Origin: Chloroflexota bacterium
GTDB lineage: Bacteria > Chloroflexota > UBA11872 > VXOZ01
Reading direction: 5' to 3'
Assembly: GCA_963662335.2 (NCBI GenBank)
Contig: CAXXVD010000005.1
Coordinates: forward strand, 416,001-480,000
DNA: 64,000 nt
Each line of letters opens with the position of its first letter. Within the stretch, counting starts at the first letter, position 1. This document shows, one piece after another, positions 59,391-64,000 of this stretch. The translations under genes were made by a program, and so were the position numbers. The notes beneath the pieces were generated by a model, which was given only the letters and a program-made list of their open reading frames with translations, was not told where the DNA came from and searched no databases.

Positions 59391-62174
59391 TCACGGCACG
59401 CGATACACCTCCGCCGCCGGCTTCACCGGACGCGGCATCCACAGCGGCCGCCGCAGCGCATCGGAACCCTCAGCCGGCCGCGCCTTCTTCAGCCACTCCA
59501 AATAGACCTCGTGGGATTTGCCGGTATCCACGAACACGTCCCCGTATTGGTCGTCGGCGCCCGCCGTCTCCACCCGCACTTTCTGGTGCCAGCAGTGCAT
59601 GCCGCTCACCGGGTCCGGGTGCACCGGAAACGTCAGGTTCTGGTGCACGCCCGATTCCTTCCACCAGATGCGCTCGGAGTCCGGGTCGTCGCTTTTGAAC
59701 GGCCCCACGCCCTCGACTTGACGCATGAACCACTGCCCCGCGCCAACACTCTTCAGGTCCACGTGCGCCGTAGACCAGCGCTCGCCGCCGCTCTCCTTGG
59801 AGAGCCGCCAGCGCCCCAGGTGGTGCGAACAGGCCACGATACCGGGCCGGATGCCCTCGGTGACCCACACGCGAATGACGAAGTAGCCGATTTCGGTATT
59901 CACGCGTGCCAGGTCGCCGGTCGCGAACGCCAGCCGTTCCGCGTCCTGCGGATGCACCCACAGCGGATTGGTGTGCGAAATCTCGTAGAGCCACTTGGCG
60001 TTGCCGGCCCGCGTGTGGATGAGCGTCGGCAGGCGGAACGTGGGCAGCAGCACGTACTCGCCCTGGCTGTGGTCGATGTTCTCCCGGTGCACGTGGCTCT
60101 TGATGTACGTTGGCACGGCGTATTCCGGCCACTTGAAGTCCCGCAGCGTATCGGAAAAGAACTCCAGCTTGCGCGAGGGCGTATGAAAGCCTTCAACCGC
60201 CGTGCCGTCCACTTCCACGCCCAGCACCTCGCCGTTCTTCCGCACCTGCTGGGTCACCGGGTCGACCTCAGCGCCCTCAAGGTCCTCGTCTGACAGCGGG
60301 TTTTCATGCACCGCGTAGGTATCGCGCTTCACCTCGAACGCGCCGTACTTGCGCATGTACGCCAGCGGCGTTAGCTCCTCAGCGGCCGCCGCTTCCGGCA
60401 GACCGGGCACGCTATTCTCGAAGATCCATTGGTAGTATTCGCTGATGGTCAGCTTCTCACCGGGGCGGTAGGGTGATTCGAAGAACTCGCGCACGCCCAG
60501 GCTGCCGTCCGGGTCGATGCGCCACGAAAGCTCGATCCAGAATTCGTCCTCTTCCCAGACCTCGCCGGGATTCGCTTCGTAGGTAAACTCGACGGCATCG
60601 CCGTTCTTCTCGCGCGCCACCCGCAGCACCGGCTGCCGGAAGGCGATCCACGCGCCCGCCTGGGTCTCCTGGCTCATGAGGTCGTGGCGCTCCGCGCCGT
60701 TGCCCATGGGCAGCACGTAGTCCGCGAACCACGCCGTCTCGCTCCACACCGGCGTCAGCGCGGCGTGCACGCCGATTTGCTCTTCGTCGCTCAGCATCTC
60801 GATCCACGACGCGCCGTCGGGATTCGTCCACACCGGGTTGTAGACGCGGGTGAAGTAGGTGTCCACCTTGCCGCGCCCCTCTTTGAGGAAGTGCGGCAGC
60901 AGAATGCTCATCTCGTGGTGCGCCAGGGGGTACTCCCGCGGCCACAGAAGCTCGCTCCACACCTGCTGCGGCGGCGGTTTGATATAGGGCGCGGGGGCGA
61001 ATTTGTTCCAACTGTTGGGGGAGGTGCCGCCGCGCGTGCCGATGCTGCCGGTCAACACGCCGAGAAACGTCAGGCAGCGCGAGACCTGCCAGCCGCCTTC
61101 ATTGCCGGAGGCCGCGCTGCGCCACACGTGGCTGGCAAAGGCCGTGCCCGCCGCGGCAATGTCGCGCGCCACCGCGACGATCTGGCCGGCGTCCACGCCG
61201 CTCTCTTGCGCCGCGAACTCCGGTGTGTAAGAGGCGTAGAATTCCTTGATAGCGGCGATGAAGTTGTCGAACGTCGCATCCGTGCCGGGATGCTCGGCGC
61301 GCATGTACTGCTGCCAGTTCAGCCACTTCTCCATGAAGTCCCGGTTGTAGCGGTCTTCCTGCAAGATGACGTTCGCCATGGCCAGCAGGATCGCCGGTTC
61401 CGAACCCGGCCAGGACGAGAGCCAGTAGTCCGCGCGCGAGGCCGTATTGGAAAGCCGGGTGTCGATGACGGCGATCTTCGCGCCGGAGAGTTTGCCCTCG
61501 ATGATGCGCTGGGCGTGGGGATTGAAGTAGTGTCCGGTCTCCAGGTGGGCGCTGATCAGCAGCATGAAGCGGGAGTTGGCGTGGTCGGGCGAGGGCCGGT
61601 CCGCGCCCTGCCAGAGCGTGTACCCCAAGCGCGCGGCGGAGGAACAGACGTTCGTATGGCTGTTGTGGCCGTCCACGCCCCAGGCCTGGAGCACCCGGTC
61701 CATATAGCCGTCGTGGCCGGGACGCCCCACGTGGTACATCACCTCCGTGCGGCGGTCTTCCTGCAAGGCCGTGCGAATGCGCGCCGCCAACGTATCGAGC
61801 ACCTCGTCCCAGGTGGTGCGTTCCCACGCGCCCGACCCGCGCGGCCCGCTGCGCTTCATGGGGTAGAGGATGCGCTCCGGGTCGTGCACCTGGTTGATGG
61901 TCGCCGGGCCTTTGGCGCAGTTGCGGCCGCGGCTGCCGGGATGCGCCGGGTTGCCCTCGAACTTGCGAATGCGCATGTCCTCTTTGTCAATATACGCCAG
62001 CAGCCCGCACGCCGCCTCGCAATTGAAGCAGACCGTCGGCACCAACATGTAGTTCTTGGAGACGCGCCGCGGCCAAGCTTCCGGATCGTACTCGGTCCAG
62101 TCGTCCCACTGGTCTACCGGCGGGTAGTTCGCCAGTTGGCCCGATTCCGGAAACTGTGGCTTGAAGATCGACAT
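59391..62174 (-). CDS. Molybdopterin (bis-MGD) oxidoreductase catalytic subunit, no Tat signal
   Basis: CFNCEAAC...GRNCAKG FS0 cluster, RILYPMKR, HTNVCS, ETAWFADYVLP, HPQDAERL. Confidence 0.93.
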   Translation of the reverse strand: MSIFKPQFPESGQLANYPPVDQWDDWTEYDPEAWPRRVSKNYMLVPTVCFNCEAACGLLAYIDKEDMRIRKFEGNPAHPGSRGRNCAKGPATINQVHDPERILYPMKRSGPRGSGAWERTTWDEVLDTLAARIRTALQEDRRTEVMYHVGRPGHDGYMDRVLQAWGVDGHNSHTNVCSSAARLGYTLWQGADRPSPDHANSRFMLLISAHLETGHYFNPHAQRIIEGKLSGAKIAVIDTRLSNTASRADYWLSSWPGSEPAILLAMANVILQEDRYNRDFMEKWLNWQQYMRAEHPGTDATFDNFIAAIKEFYASYTPEFAAQESGVDAGQIVAVARDIAAAGTAFASHVWRSAASGNEGGWQVSRCLTFLGVLTGSIGTRGGTSPNSWNKFAPAPYIKPPPQQVWSELLWPREYPLAHHEMSILLPHFLKEGRGKVDTYFTRVYNPVWTNPDGASWIEMLSDEEQIGVHAALTPVWSETAWFADYVLPMGNGAERHDLMSQETQAGAWIAFRQPVLRVAREKNGDAVEFTYEANPGEVWEEDEFWIELSWRIDPDGSLGVREFFESPYRPGEKLTISEYYQWIFENSVPGLPEAAAAEELTPLAYMRKYGAFEVKRDTYAVHENPLSDEDLEGAEVDPVTQQVRKNGEVLGVEVDGTAVEGFHTPSRKLEFFSDTLRDFKWPEYAVPTYIKSHVHRENIDHSQGEYVLLPTFRLPTLIHTRAGNAKWLYEISHTNPLWVHPQDAERLAFATGDLARVNTEIGYFVIRVWVTEGIRPGIVACSHHLGRWRLSKESGGERWSTAHVDLKSVGAGQWFMRQVEGVGPFKSDDPDSERIWWKESGVHQNLTFPVHPDPVSGMHCWHQKVRVETAGADDQYGDVFVDTGKSHEVYLEWLKKARPAEGSDALRRPLWMPRPVKPAAEVYRVP

Positions 62175-62256
62175 TGCGAGAAAACTCCTCTCGCTTAGCG
62201 CCTTGACATAGTTAACGTGAGACCGCTAATGCGCCCTCGATACGTGTCATGCAATT

Positions 62257-62425
62257 CGTAGCGCGGGGGCTTGTCCCCCGCCTCTCGCTCGTCCGACAGT
62301 CCCGTAGCGCGGGGGCTCGTCCCCCGCCTCTTGGCACGTCCCGCTATCCCGTAGCGCGGGGGCTTGTCCCCCGCCTCTTGGCACGTCCCGCTATCCCGTA
62401 GCGCGGGGGCTTGTCCCCCGCCTCT
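62257..62425 (+). repeat. Tandem array of four REP-A units, period 46-47 bp
   Basis: Units at 62257, 62303, 62350 and 62397; linkers 2 and 3 identical. Confidence 0.92.
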
Positions 62426-62437
62426 TCGCTCAATCGT

Positions 62438-64000
62438 CTAACTCAACGGCTGCGCCTGTCCCGCGCGCACCCAAATATCCTCGAAGAGCAACAGCCCCAC
62501 CAGTGCGCACGCCCCGGCCGCAACGGCCGCCACCGGCGCCAGTCCCAGCGACACCGCAATCAGCAACGCCACCGGCGCCGCGTGTCCCAGGCCAACCACG
62601 CCGACCCAGAAACGCTGAGAATACCGGCCGCGCACGATCATGTGCACCGCTTTGGCGGCGTCGCGCGTGCCGTGGGGCAGCCAGAGTTCGCCCACCCCGA
62701 TGACGAAGAGATTGGCAATCAGACTCCACAGCAGCACGGTGCGCAGGAATTCTTCCGTTTGTGCGGTGGTCTCCACGACTGTCCCCAGAATTGCCAGCGA
62801 CGCCGCGCCCGCCAACGCCGCCTGCACCAGCAGGTGCACGGGCAACGCCGGACTCAGCCACAGGTCGCGCGCTTTCGACTGCGCAAAGAGAAAACCGGTA
62901 TAGATCGCGGCCAATATCGCCAACACGCCGCCCGGCCACCAGAGAACCTGCGTCAGGCCTCCTGCGCCGGCCAGCGCGGCCAGCAGGCTCAGGCCCACCA
63001 CCACCCCAAAGAACAGCAAGATATACGTGCCAATCGCAACCCACGACCGCCACTGCGGACGAGTGAGCAGCGTGTAGAAGCGGTCCGGGCGCTTGAGGTC
63101 CCAAATCAAGAGGCCGGCCGTAATCGCCAGAAAGATCAGGGCCAGGATGGGGCCGCCCCACGCCAGCAGGGGATTCTCGCTCACCAGGCCCAGCGCCAAA
63201 CCCGCGGCCGGCAGCAGGAACGCGCCGGCGGCGATTGATTTCGTCCAAATGTACGCGCTCACCTTCCAGCCCCACGGCGACGGGTGTTCCACGTCGTAGA
63301 CCGTCTTGGCGGACTTGGCAACCAGGTCTTGCAGCAAGGTCTCGCTGTCGGCCAGGCTCGACGCCCCGTTGCCGTTGGCGCTGCCATGGCCGTTGCTGCG
63401 GCCATCGCCGTGGCCGTTACCGTTGGCGTTGGGCATCTCGTTCCAGATGCCGTATTCTTCGGCCGGCGTCGCCGCCGACGGCGTGAGCGTGCTCTCGTCG
63501 GCGTCGATGTAGAAGAGCTTCGGCACGGTGCCCTTTTCCGGTTTGCGCACCTGCACCGGCTCGCGCGAAATCAGTTGCGAAATATAGGTCGTGGGGTCGT
63601 CCAGGTCGCCCGAAACGATCGCCTGCGTCGGACAGACCACCTGGCACGACGGCTCCAGGTTCATCTCCACGCGGTGGGCGCAGAAATTGCACTTGGCGGC
63701 GGTATGGGTGTCCGGGTCGATGTGCAGCGCGTCGTACGGACACGCCTGCAAGCACATCTTGCAGCCAATGCAGCGCTCGGGATCGAAGTCTACGATGGCG
63801 TCCTGCGTGCGCCGGTACAATGCCGTGACCGGACACGCCGTGATGCAGGGCGCGTCGTCGCAGTGATTGCAGCGCAGCACGGTAAAGTGGCGGCGGTTAT
63901 TGGGGAACTGTCCCGTCTCGACGTACTTCACCCACGTGCGGTAGACGCCCAAGGGCACGTCATGCTCGGACTTGCACGCCACGGTGCAAGCATGGCAGCC
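62438..64000 (-). CDS. Fused 4Fe-4S ferredoxin (NrfC/DmsB-like) + NrfD/PsrC membrane anchor, 5'-truncated
   Basis: GCHACTVACK at the window edge, CNHCDDAPCITACP, CIGCKMCLQACP, CNFC...CQVVCP; WGWKVSAYIW, DLKRPDRF. Confidence 0.93.
   Translation of the reverse strand, partial: GCHACTVACKSEHDVPLGVYRTWVKYVETGQFPNNRRHFTVLRCNHCDDAPCITACPVTALYRRTQDAIVDFDPERCIGCKMCLQACPYDALHIDPDTHTAAKCNFCAHRVEMNLEPSCQVVCPTQAIVSGDLDDPTTYISQLISREPVQVRKPEKGTVPKLFYIDADESTLTPSAATPAEEYGIWNEMPNANGNGHGDGRSNGHGSANGNGASSLADSETLLQDLVAKSAKTVYDVEHPSPWGWKVSAYIWTKSIAAGAFLLPAAGLALGLVSENPLLAWGGPILALIFLAITAGLLIWDLKRPDRFYTLLTRPQWRSWVAIGTYILLFFGVVVGLSLLAALAGAGGLTQVLWWPGGVLAILAAIYTGFLFAQSKARDLWLSPALPVHLLVQAALAGAASLAILGTVVETTAQTEEFLRTVLLWSLIANLFVIGVGELWLPHGTRDAAKAVHMIVRGRYSQRFWVGVVGLGHAAPVALLIAVSLGLAPVAAVAAGACALVGLLLFEDIWVRAGQAQPLS

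Noticed and set aside
62257-62425. CRISPR array
   Set aside because: Linkers are only 17-18 nt and two are identical. The unit occurs singly elsewhere as a REP, and there are no cas genes.

Overview
GC-rich bacterial chromosome segment, most likely a deeply branching Chloroflexota lineage. The 16S has the ~16-nt 1123-1147 deletion typical of Chloroflexi. Orphan Tat-lipoprotein sugar-binding proteins and a PhyH-HEAT fusion resemble marine or sponge-associated genomes (inference). 1-11.3 kb is core: end of the alpha operon (rpmJ-rpsM-rpsK-rpsD-rpoA-rplQ-truA-rplM-rpsI), scpAB with a site-2 protease, and rpsP-khpA-rimM-trmD-rplS-rnhB-yraN. Next come a DUF4432 / degenerate archaemetzincin / degenerate ADP-ribosylglycohydrolase / sfsA operon, a solitary 16S rRNA gene, two tandem TM-BON-Zn-ribbon-RDD proteins, three tandem orphan binding lipoproteins, a BaeSR-like two-component locus, an RND pump, an orphan amidase-holin pair, ABC exporters, an IS30 element, catabolic genes and a molybdopterin oxidoreductase operon running off the right end. 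Intergenic DNA carries at least six palindromic repeat families. Best leads: (1) a subtilase with Glu-His-Cys in place of Asp-His-Ser and no signal peptide or propeptide, a candidate natural thiol-subtilisin; (2) an operon with two adjacent enzymes that have lost their catalytic metal ligands, coupled to the SfsA nuclease; (3) a 16S with compensated changes that destroy the 341F/EUB338 sites; (4) the TM-BON-Zn-ribbon-RDD architecture. All calls come from motif recognition by eye; no searches were run.
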